From positions 10,974,001 through 11,038,000 of the forward strand of contig OX597825.1 of assembly GCA_951406725.2 (NCBI GenBank): a DNA stretch of 64,000 nucleotides. Direction: 5' to 3'. The translations under genes and the position numbers were made by a program. Below, piece by piece: positions 52,313 through 64,000 of this stretch (position 1 is its first letter; every line of letters begins with the position of its first letter). The notes beneath the pieces are model-generated. The model had not been told where the DNA came from. It ran no database searches and saw only the letters and a program-made list of their open reading frames with translations. The stretch is from Octopus vulgaris (taxonomy: Eukaryota).

Positions 52313-54701
52313 CCTATGACCAGTAAATACCTAAAGTAAACTTTACTAGAGTACTTAGCATTGCCTAGAAAATGTAGAACATGGTTTTGCGTTTTGCTGA
52401 TTGAGAACTACCATAATTCTGCATAAATTTATTATTGAAAGAGATATACTTGTTTATTTTTTACTTAAAATATTGTCATGTTTCAATAACTTACTGTAAA
52501 AAGAAATGATACAAATCTATTTCAGCTGTCACAATCCACATTGATACAATGTATGTTGAGATACAATAAATATATAGTATGTGATAAAGCTGTACAATAA
52601 ATGGCTTTCCTTTAATTTCTAATTTATTAACTCATTTTTTTGTTTGTTTTTGGATTTCCATGTTTTGAACAATAGAAATTAAGATTGTGTATGTAAGAAA
52701 AAGACATTCACAAATATTAAACTCTATTCCCTCATTCTAAATCCATTCTTTAATCTTTACCTTAAACACTGACCATAATTGTAAAATGAAGTATTTCTTG
52801 TAGAGTTGTAATCTCGTGTGTTTAATACAACTAATCCAGATATAAAATCTGGAAAAAAATGCTAAAAGGGGAAAAGATTTTGCAGGTTAGGTATTCTACA
52901 ACAGAAAGGGTGAAGCTGGCCAAAAATTTAATAGCATAAAGTAAAATTTTAAGACTGGTTTTCCAAAATTTCTTCAAAGAATAGGAAGTTAAGCATATGG
53001 AGTTCTTATTGCACAAATCCAGCAATAATTATTGCTTAAAGTATATCTAATTTATATGAATCAACCATGTCTGCATTGATATTCAACACTGTCTGTGTGG
53101 TTAATAATGCTGCTTTTAATTATGTGATTTCTCAGTACCATCATTTGAAACATTTCATAAACTACAGCATCCAGTGGAACAATGTTATGATTGAAGTTAA
53201 GTTTACTAAATATTTTAATTAAATTCTTAAGGATGAACAGAGTATAGCTATTAATTTATTCAGGTGTATTGAATATTTACAGAAAATAGAATGATTGAAA
53301 ACAAATACATGAGACACAGATAATTTCCTGTTAACTTATAACCCTTTTTATCATATTGATTTTGTCCTGGTTGCGATGAAGATGTAAGACTTCCATCATG
53401 CTGTTGGATACCTATGGAGGTATAATGAGAATTTGTCTCAAGAAATTGTTGTTGTGGACGTATTTTACCAAAGAGAGCTATCTTGGTTGAAAACAATGCA
53501 GAAAGAAAGAGGAGACTGCCATTGGGTAGAGTTTGAAAAAGAAGTGTAGAATAAATAGAGCAGGTTGGAATATGAGGAGGCCCTTGGTTATCTTAAATGA
53601 TTAGAATTTTAAAAAATCAGCAATGTTATGTTAGCAACAGACAATTGTTTTATCACAGATAACTAAGTAACATATTTTGTTAGTTATTTAACGACCTGAG
53701 GTCATGGTAGTTCATTTTTTTTTTTTTACACTACACTCGGATAGTGAACTTTATAATGGGTGTTGGTTGGAGAAGAGCTCCTTATTTAAGAATCTAATGT
53801 CTAGGAACAGTAATAGTAGAGATTTTTTTACTGTTTGACACTTCAACCAAAGTGAAGGTCCTACTTATTAGGTGCTAAGCTTAACAGGAACTCACTGAAG
53901 AGATGATTGACATTTTGCCTACACAAAAAGGTGTCTACACTGTCTCTCAAAAGAACTTTTTAATACTATCCTGACATTGGTATTTTGGTGCATTTGGGTG
54001 CAATACAATTTTATGTATCAAAGCATATGTTTGCTTGTTGTATTGGTTAATATTGAAGTAAAAGTTTTAAAAAATACATCATTGCCAATTAAAAAAAAAG
54101 TCTATGTAGGGTTCAGATTCAGACACTGCAGACAATATTTTTTAATTTATTAAATTTTGGTTAATTCAGCCAGAAATAATTGCAGTAATGTTTTTAGTGT
54201 ATTATCTTTTACAGATAAAAAATGCCATACATAACTGAATGTAATTCAGGAAGGTGTGAAAGAATGAAACGACCAAATTTAATATTTCCATTTAATTTCT
54301 ACTTAAATGTAAAAACATTCTAAAAATTTCAAGTATTTTTTAATTATTAGCTTGTTTATTTGAAAACTTAGCTTTAATGAAATTTCTTTAGAAGAATGGG
54401 CTATCTTAACACATTTTTAGTCTCTTTTTTTTTTCCTGTTGTTTATCTATCCAACTAATCCTTTATTATCCAATGGTTTTATAATTGAAGTCCACTGATT
54501 TTAAACAAATCACTTGGCAGTTATTAGGAGGTTATAGTCAAATATCTGGTTGCACTACCTACCCTCAGTCAAATCATTTTGTTGTCAATCAACTTAGAGA
54601 GATAAAAACAAAATCTTTTTTCATGCCCTCCACAGTTACCTTGGATGTATTTTCCTTTTCCATTCTTTTTCTTTCTGTGTGTGTATATATATATATATAT
54701 T

Positions 54702-54754
<53 letters not shown>

Positions 54755-54971
54755 GCACACACACAAACACACACATATATATAGTTTGGTTGAATGGCCC
54801 TTACCAGGGTAGAAAGTAAATATATCTTGATTATTGTTGGAGACAAAAGTCACAGGAATAGGTTATCAATGAAAGAAATTATGTCGTTAGTTATAGCAGT
54901 ATACTGCTTTACTGGAGTGCAATAAATATATTTTATCTCTAAATTAAAAAAAAATATTGTTGTATATATTG

Positions 54972-55380
54972 TCCGATCGTGGCCGTTTGCCAGCCTCATC
55001 TGGCACCTGTGTCGGTGGCACATAAAAACACCATCCGAGCGTGGCCGTCTGCCAGCCTCGTCTGGCACCTGTGTCGGTGGCACATAAAAACACCATCCGA
55101 GCGTGGCCGTCTGCCAGCCTCGTCTGGCACCTGTGTCGGTGGCACATAAAAAACACCATCTGAGCGTGGCCGTTTGCCAGCCTCGTCTGGTACCTGTGTC
55201 GGTGGCACATAAAATCACCCACTACACTCTCGGAGTGGTTGGCGTTAGGAAGGGCATCCAGCTGTAGAAACACTGCCAGATCTGACTGGACTGGTGCAGC
55301 TTTCGGGCTCCCCAGACCCCAGTTGAACCGTCCAACCCATGCTAGCATGGAAAGCGGACGTTAAATGATGATGATGATGA

Positions 55381-55384
<4 letters not shown>
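54972..55384 (+). mobile_element. RTE 3' tail with four tandem ~60-bp units
   Basis: CGTGGCCGT(C/T)TGCCAGCCTCGTCTGGCACCTGTGTCGGTGGCACATAAAA x4, then tail and (GAT)n abutting (TA)n. Confidence 0.9.
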
Positions 55385-55449
<65 letters not shown>

Positions 55450-58400
55450 TTCCAAGCTTGTGTATGTTTAGAAATCCCAAACAATAAAATTCCACATGCT
55501 TTGTGTCTAGTTTGATAGGTTTGGTTTATTCCTTCACTTTTCACCTTCTTCAGTTTTTCCCTCTTTCATGTTTTTGGTTTAACAAATTATATTATGGTAA
55601 GATACTGAATCCTATCATCTTTTAAGGAGTGTAATGGCTTTGCATTAGCACGGCTCCAGTTGTCTATTATTTATTTACTAGTGTAACCATACTGTTATTA
55701 ACAACAGTTGATATATTTATCTTAGAGAAAATTATAACAAAATAAATTTAAAATACAGAAAACTATTCATTTTTAGATATAGCCATTGTAATTGACTTTA
55801 CATTAAATAATCTTGAAAGAAAAAAATATTTCCCTTAATTATACAGAAATTTCAAATAACTAAGATCTTTCTGTCAATGTATTATATTATTTTTCTTGTG
55901 GTACTAAGTCCTTAAGAATTTGCTATTGGAGATATCCAGCTATACATTTTTACTAGTATCCATACACTTACTTGGTTGTAGGTCACTCAGTGAGTATGCA
56001 GCACACAGTGACTGTCTAATCATTTTTCTTTTTTGTTTTTGTTAAATTCTCTTCAAATTCAATATATACTCTTTGCATTATTTAAAATGTTTTTAGTTAC
56101 ACCAATTAATGAGACAATGATTTCAAACTACAACTTTAAGTCCTTTAAACTTTAAGCGTGATAATTCTTTTTCTCTTCTTTCTCATCCAGTTTTTTTTTT
56201 ATGTAAACCCCTATGCAAATAATAACTCGTCTTTGTAAATGTTCCCTAAATTCAACACTCTTTTGGCAAATAAAATAAATTATTATTTTTATTGAACAAA
56301 ACTCCCTGTAGTATTTATGTCCTTTTTATGTTCTAAGCCTGAATCCTGTCAAGGTTGACTTTATCTGTTATTCTTTCAGGATCAATAAAATAGTACTAAT
56401 GAATACTTTTATTCACAATATTCAAATCTATAATTCATTTGGCCATAAAAAAGATAATTGAAATGTACTGTGTGATTATTACACAGTTTGCCTAAGATGT
56501 ATTTCAAGGTAATGTATCATTGCTCAAGATATTTATCTCAAGGGTTTACAAAGGGTTTATCTCAAGGTTTACAAAATATTCAGAGTGAAGAGGGTGAACT
56601 GGCAGAGTTGTTAGTGCATCAGCTAGAAAGCCTTGTTGTATTTTCCTAACTCCCTTTAGACAGACACTGTGTGCTGCGTACTGGGTGACCTACAGTCAAG
56701 TAAAAGTGTGGACACTAGTAAAAATGTATAGCTGGATATCTGCAATAGCAAATTCTTAGGGAATTCAACTTTGCCTTTCATCCTTTTGGGGCTAATAAAG
56801 TCCTAGCACAGGGCAGTGGATTGATGGAATTGTTGAAATGTCTGATGAAATGCCTTGTGATTATCAGTACTCTTTAGTTCCTTTCTGAGCTCATATTTTG
56901 CCTTCTATAATCAACCCCCTCATAGTGGGAAATGAGTCCATGGGGCCCAGTTAATAGTGTTAGGCTGCCAATGTAAGATTGAATAATGCAACAATTAGTG
57001 CAACATCTCATTTGCATAAATAAAAAGAGTGAGTTCTGCTCTTTCTAGGATCAATGGTAGGACAGAAAATGCAGTTAATGAAAAGAGAGTTCTTTTTGCT
57101 TTTGAAGTTCAAATTGGTTTGAAAGTTTCCAATAATTGGTGACAGTGGGTTCCATATATCATGATAAAGTTATATTACATGGTTTTTCATGATTATTTGT
57201 GATTGGCATTCATAATTAAAGTACTTTCAAACATTTTAGAAGAATACTATCAAATCTTAACCTTCTAAATGTTTTTCTGTCTTACTCACAAGACAGGCAA
57301 CTTTTATTGTACTGTCTCTGAGATTGGTGGGTGGGAAAGAGATTTGTTCAAAATGACTTGAAACAGAGTTGACTCAGGAGATAGATGGTAGGGGTTAAGT
57401 TACACAATGAATAAAATCTATCCTCCAAGAATAGACACGATCCATCTTATAGTCTTCTGCACAGTGTCCATTTCTCCAATTTCATCCACAAATCTTTGGT
57501 TATCCTGAGGTTATGACAGAAGGTTCACATCCAAGATGGTACAAAATGATATTGAATCTGGAACAACATTATTACAAACAAGCTTTTTAACCATATAACT
57601 ATGTCTGTACCTATACAGAGAAGAGTCAATGAGTACATATTTTGTAAATCACAACCAGATTTTTTTAAAGATACAGTGTTCAGTCTTGCTAGAGTGATAT
57701 TGAAGAAGTATACAGCCAAATAATAAAAATAGAAATTAAAAAAAAAATCCAATTATCAAATCAAAACAAGTAGTTAACTTTTATTTTGAAATGTAGTTAC
57801 AAACAAATCTTTTTTATTAAGTAATATTTTTTCATTTCTTTTTTGTTATCAAAAGTTGAATATAGTGATATTTTCTTTTGTTTTTCTTAATGCATTTACA
57901 GTCTATACATATTTTGGCCTTTTGATTCGCCTATTGCAGTACTACCTCCTCTTTAGGCTCATATTTGTGCATAATTTTTTCCTCTAATGCTCTAATGTAT
58001 AACAACATACAAAAACACTTTGAGTTCACAATTTATAATAGATTGAATTGTTGTTGTTGATGTTGTAGCCAATACATTATATTTTTTATATTCATTAATA
58101 CCCTTAGTACAACTCTCACTGTGTTTGGCTCACCTTTCATCTCTCAAAGCCTGAAAGTTAGTACCCATAATGTCCTGAAGAAATTCAGGTTACCAGAAAT
58201 TTGTGCCTTTATGTCCAATCCAAATATCATTAGTCATGTACTGGGATTGATCTAATCAACTAAACCCTTCCTCCAAATATCAGGCTGTGCCAATGTTAGA
58301 AACAATTACTATCATCAATAGGGATGATGGATAACAAAATTGGTAGAATTTTGGATATCTTTTACGTCCTTTTAAGTTCTTGTTCATATTACCTCTTGGG

Positions 58401-58881
58401 GTCAGTCTTATGTTTCATTTCTCCACTGATAGTGAAATTAGTACCAGTAATACAGAGGGAGTTTATAAAATTGACTGTTGCATCTTTCCTTTCAATTTCT
58501 GGTTCTGCACTATCAGTGCATGAGAGCTTTACTATCATTAATATTTTATTAAATAAACATTAAACATAAAAATATAACTAACTTTCCATGCTTGAAATGC
58601 CTTTTTGAAGCTTAGCTTTTTAAAAAAACGTTGACTTGTAGGAAAAGGAAAATGAACAGAACTATTAGTAATAGTATAAATGACTTTAAGATATTTTGGT
58701 TTCTTGGCAACAAGAAGGTCAAGTATTGTATAAACCTACTTGACATGTTACACTGTTCAGAAGACATATTTCTATACCAGGTGAAAAAGACAGAATAGGT
58801 TATTGATAAATCACACATGAGAAGCAAAGGTACAGCACAATTAAAATGAAAATGTGTAAATAAATGTTCCTTTTTGCTTAC

Positions 58882-58934
<53 letters not shown>

Positions 58935-59409
58935 TGTGTGTGTGCAGTGTGATGGATGAGATTTTTCTTTAATAATTTGTTTATAATCTTTGTTCTAGTT
59001 TTTTTTTTATATCACTTTTCTCATCTGACAAGATTAGTGTAGATTGTATTTTTGAATTGGCAAATGGCCAATTTTTGTAGGAAATGAATTATGGTTGGCC
59101 AAATACTGAATGCTGGTAAGAAATAACGGATGAAATGTAAATTCAAATTTAATTTGATTTCACCATAGAAACATGAAACACCAAATGAGACAAAATAAAA
59201 GCTCCAAATGTGACTGTGTACTGATTGATATGTATTAGTATCAATTTCTTTTAGATGATATGAAACCAATATTTTTAGAGTGAATCATTTGTATCAATAT
59301 CACTATGTTACTAGTACTTATTTCATTAATCTAAAGAGGCTGGAAGCAGGAAGTTGACTTCAGTTAGTTTCAACAAAAAATGTATCACTGTTAGATGTCA
59401 GTTTATTAT

Positions 59410-59580
59410 GCAGGTTCAGGTATGATTGTGTAGCTAAGAAGCTTCCTTCATTGCCACATGGTTTTGAGTTTGATCCCACTGCATTGCACCTTTGCCATGC
59501 ATCTTCTACCATAGCCTCAAGATGGATCAACCAATGACTTGTGAATGTTATTTGGTTGACGGAAACAGTGGAAGCTTGTC
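59410..59580 (+). mobile_element. Degenerate OK-like SINE 5' half
   Basis: CCACATGGTTTTGAGTTTGATCCCACTGC. Confidence 0.65.
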
Positions 59581-59740
59581 AGAAGAACTGTCCTTGTTAT
59601 GGCTGGTAAACTTGGCTGGCTTAATACCAACACGTGTCTGTGACTACCTTTAGTGGACTCCACTCTGTTGCAAACATTTGGATCAGATCTCCAATCTGAA
59701 TATAACTTTCACTATTTGCTCACCAGACTTTGGGGGTCCT

Positions 59741-60345
59741 GAAGAAAAACTTTGGCACTTCCTAATTATTCTACCAAACACTACTGCTATTTTTAATCCC
59801 AGGAGAACGCTTTCTCCAGGTGGTTATTTGATGCAATCTGCCCCTGATATATATTGCAAGCAGGGGAGTGAACTCCTACCATCTTCCAGCCACAAGACTA
59901 CCAGACTGCATGGTTTTGACCTCTCTGTAGTCATCCTTGGTGGTGAATACTCATCCACTAAAGACAGCAATAGTTCACTTCAGTTCGCAATATATAAAAA
60001 TCAAGTGACACACAATTCCATGCTGGTGGCACATAAAAAGCACCAACTGGTCGTGGCCGTTGCTAGCCTCGTCTGGCACCTGTGCCGGTGGTACGTAAAA
60101 AGCACCCACTACACTCATGGAGTGGTTGGCGTTAGGAAGGGCATCCAGCTGTAGAAACACTGCCAGATCAGACTGGGCCTGGTGCAGCCTCCTGGCTTCC
60201 CAGACCTCAGTTGAACCGTCCAACCCATGCTAGCATGGAAAGCGGACGTTAAACGATGATGATGATGACGATGACACACAGAGATTGATCTTGCAACAAG
60301 CAAATTAGCTTGTGAGAAAATCTCAGTAACAAATGAAAGTAGTAA
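59741..60345. mobile_element. MITE copy inverted relative to 60355-60743, interrupted by an RTE tail
   Basis: 59782-60014 plus 60281-60330 is the reverse complement of ~60420-60692. Confidence 0.75.
60015..60271 (+). mobile_element. RTE 3' tail with 9-bp TSD
   Basis: TGACACACA at 60006-60014 and 60272-60280. Confidence 0.9.
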
Positions 60346-60354
60346 CTATACTAA

Positions 60355-60743
60355 GAAGTAATATTCATTGCCACTTGAACATAGCTGTTCCACAGGAACT
60401 TATGTTACTGCTGTTTTTAACCCTAGGATTTTTTCAAACTAGCTAATTTGCTTGTTGCATGATCAGTGACTGTGTGTCACTTGATTTCTATATATTGTGA
60501 GATGAAGTGAACTACTACTGTCTCTAGCAGATGAGTATCCACCTCCGAGGATGACCACAAAGAGTTTGAAGCCATATGGTTTGGTGGTAAGATGGTAGGG
60601 GTTCACTCTCTTGCTTGCAATATATATCAGGTGCAGATTGCATCGAATAACCAGCCAGTGGAGATGTCCTTCTGGGGTTTAAAATAGCAGTAATATCGGT
60701 TCCCATGGTACAGCAATGTTTAAGTGGCAATAATCATTACTTC
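60355..60743. mobile_element. ~390-bp MITE with ~75-bp imperfect TIRs, family not recognised
   Basis: GAAGTAATATTCATTGCCACTTGAACA...TACTGCTGTTTTTAACCC versus GGGTTTAAAATAGCAGTA...TGTTTAAGTGGCAATAATCATTACTTC. Confidence 0.75.
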
Positions 60744-61854
60744 AAAGTAACTTTTGTTGAATAGTTAGGTATAATTAATTTTCTTATTCATACCCTTCTC
60801 ATTTATTTTATTCAATATCCTTTGTTACTTTCTTATAAGATAAAATTCATATCCAAAAACTAATTCTATACTTTAGATATAAAAGTGAAAGATATTCGAC
60901 AGAAATGTTATCTCCTAAGTACAAAAGAAAGAATGCAAGAATTTACAAACATTTTCCTTAAAATAGACATATTTATGTAAACCCACATGATATATTAATG
61001 TTCTTTATAACTTTGAAAGTAGGTTAAAGAGAAAAAAAAGAAAAAGAAGCTATATTTTCTATTTTCTTTATATCCCACCCCCAATATTTTTGATTAGAAG
61101 CAAGGGTAATATTTTGTTGTGGGAAGGTATATAGTTGATTGATTACTGGTATTTATTTCATTGTCTGTGTAGGGATAAAAGGCAAAGTTGATTCTGAAAG
61201 GGGATTAAACTTCAAACTAAGAAAGAAGAAATGAAATACCTTAATGCATTTATAGTATAGTAACCTGTTGGCCTTTCTAATTATAAAGAAAATATTGGCT
61301 TCTTTACCTGTCACAAAGTTCTATTATAAGAAGGCATAACAGAAAAAGAGATATTTGGATGTTCATAGCTTTCACAGGAGCATTAGCAGGATGAAGTGAA
61401 GTTGTATCAATGAAGCACTGAATTGCATTACAACCATAACTGATTGGAAGCTTGTATCTTGTTTTACAGTATTTATAAATAAGATATTGATGATAAATGG
61501 AATATTGATGTTAGAAGGGGGAGAGAGGATTTTTTTTTTTTTTGTGTTTCCATTTACTGACCACCATAAAAAATAATGACATGTCTTAAGAAATAAAAAC
61601 AAAAGAATTGTACAGGTATATAGTCAACACCATATATTTATATAATTTGTATATGTACATGTATATGTACTAAGAATAAGTTTAAAAATTAATATCTAAC
61701 CTATAAAATTTTTTATATATCTTATCAATAACGAAGAATTATTTTGGGCTAAGTTGAAGATTAATTTTTCAGAATAAAAAGTGTTGTTGTTTTGCTTTTT
61801 AGCCCTTGCTCAAAGGTATTCCAACCATAATCATCCTGTCTTTTTAGGAGTAAA

Positions 61855-62250
61855 TCTTTATATATAAAAGAGAGGTTGTGTGTCTGTCTCCTACGATTTA
61901 GATTCCTAACTACTCCCACATTTTGCAGTGCAGTTTAACCAAAACCAGGTATCTTATAGTTGTGATTCATATCGAGCCCTTCTGGGTATTAGCGCGCATC
62001 TACGATGAGTCTACGATTTAAAAAAAAATTTACCATCATTTTTTTTCCATTTTAATGCATTTTTTCGCTATTATATAAGGGAAGTAACTCTCTAAAAATG
62101 TCTACGATGAGTCAACGATTTAAAAAAAATTTACCATAATTTTTTTTCCATTTTAATGCATTTTTTGCTATTTTTTGGCTATAACTCTCTAAAAATGCTT
62201 ATATAGTTATTTCCCTTACAAACCCGAGCAACGCCGGGCGATACTGCTAG
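61855..62250 (+). mobile_element. Complete non-autonomous Helitron
   Basis: A|TC 5' end, CTAG|T 3' end, subterminal CCCGAGCAACGCCGGG, no TSD, internal ~75-bp duplication (61999-62072, 62101-62171). Confidence 0.88.
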
Positions 62251-63264
62251 TGTTGAATAAAGTTGTCTTACATGTCCTGCTCTTTTTATAGGGCTGTGGT
62301 GTGTAGTTTCGGCAATATTTGGCTGCTATTTCTAACATGAGCATGATCATGTAGATGTTCTTGTAAATTCAATTGGTTCTAGTTCATTACTTGCACTTAT
62401 TTATTTTTAATCATAAACAGTTATTTCTGATAGGATTTAAATTTAGAAACCTGACATGATATAATAAGGTTAATAAGTCACGGTCTGGTTTACTTTTGTT
62501 TTTGCTATTCCTGTTATAATGATGAATTCCTAACTTTGGCAGAAGACCAGAAGTTTGTTGGAGGATGGCTAAAGACAATTCAATCAACTCCATCTGGGCA
62601 CCTATTACATGTTAGAAACCTGTTGCACTGGTATGGACACAGGAATAGATGGTTCTAGTGAGATTAAAAAGTTACTGTGTACTGACAGTGGAAACTACTT
62701 GTGATAGAGGGGGAAAACAAACATAAAAAAGACACGGGAAGATATAGTCAGGCGATTATAGGATCTGGGGGCCTCACAAAAAAGATGAAACAAAATTGAG
62801 AGGAATAGTAGTGGTAAGTTGTACTTGAGGTCCATTTAGTTGCAGCACTGATGGTGATGCAGCACTGTATCATGTCATCACGGACAATGATGATAGTTAT
62901 GATGTCATGACGATGATGACACCACTACTGGATTGGGGTTAAGAGCAACATGCAATATAGATAAGTCTAATAATGATCAATAGCATCAAATGATAACACC
63001 ATAAGAAGAAGAAACAAGAACAAAATAAGCGAACAATGTATAATGCTGCATGTGAACATCTTTGTATGTGTGCATGTGTGAGTGTGTATGCATGTGTGTG
63101 TGTGTGTGTGTATATATAGAGGTCTACATTGATACGTGTATAAGTAAACCTGTGTATGTGTCAGTGAGAGAGATGCTGATAAATCAATGTTATTCTTTCT
63201 TCTACTGCTTTCACTTTTCTGATCTTACTGCTGACAATAGACCACATTCATTTAAATCAACTTT

Positions 63265-63295
<31 letters not shown>

Positions 63296-64000
63296 CTCTC
63301 TCCCTCCCTCCCACCACAATTTCTATGTCTTACTAGACATTTTAACTTGCCTAATCAATGAATGTTTTTCACTCAAAATCATTATTCTCCCTGTCACTCT
63401 AAGGCTCGTTATGTAAAAGTAAAACTTCATTAATGAGGTCTAGTAAGACAGAAACATGTATAGATATATATATATATGGAGAAGTATCTTTTTGATTATT
63501 ATAGTCACAATGTTTTGATTGTTGTAAATCTTGCCTGTCCTACTCAGCAATGTTCTTTTAATATTAAATGAAGCACTTTATTAAATCCCCTGGATATTTC
63601 TCTATGTCAGTGTGTGTGTACGTCAAAAAGTCAACATTTTAAAAGTTTTTTTCTTAGAGATTTACAAAATGTAAACATTCGTACCAGAAGTTGACTCATT
63701 TAATGTCAGAATAGAATTTACAGAAAAAATAAGGGCTTAAATCTAATGAAAATTCAATAAAATCTAATCATAAGTGAGGGAAATTATGTTAAATACAACT
63801 AAATTGAAAAGCTTTTCCCTCTGGCCAAATTGGCAATTCTGAAAACATTTGTGTGTGAATTTTACATGAGTAGAAAATTTTTTTAACAATTTTTATCCTG
63901 AAAAATCACCTGTTACCTTTGTTTTAAAGTGAAAGAGAGGAGAAAGTGGAAGATGTATGAATGTGCATATGAAATGGACATGTGTGTGTGTGAGAGAGAG

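Noticed and set aside
53260-53595. Minus-strand open frame of ~110 codons
   Set aside because: No ATG start or good acceptor and no recognisable homology
54972-55215. Four regular ~60-bp repeats suggesting a CRISPR array
   Set aside because: Units are contiguous and near-identical with no unique spacers or cas genes; they are part of the RTE 3'UTR
59678-60154. 158-aa ORF
   Set aside because: Reads through a MITE into an RTE tail and is mirrored by the inverted copy

Overview
AT-rich, repeat-dense animal genomic DNA, not prokaryotic. The SINE families (OK/OR-type tRNA-derived SINEs) and dense CA/TA/TATG microsatellites point to an octopus (Octopus sp.) intron or intergenic region. Family names come from recall, not a database search. 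Almost all ORFs in the track are microsatellite or repeat artefacts. The only credible host coding sequence is a candidate 83-codon first exon at 35628-35876 (+) ending in a GTGAGT donor; the gene is not recognised. The rest is a layered transposon landscape: three or four SINE families, RTE LINE 3' ends and RT fragments, CR1 and CR1-Zenon fragments, an R4/Dong fragment, a decayed Penelope-like element, two maT/DD37D mariner relics, a Merlin-like derivative, non-autonomous Helitrons and several MITEs. I found no convincing new biological system. The structures most worth a second look are a ~1 kb foldback of two inverted MITE copies, a tail-to-tail Helitron pair, a degenerate minimal hammerhead in a Penelope-type repeat, a (TATG)n-flanked non-coding element, a relic local duplication and a likely twin-priming inversion.
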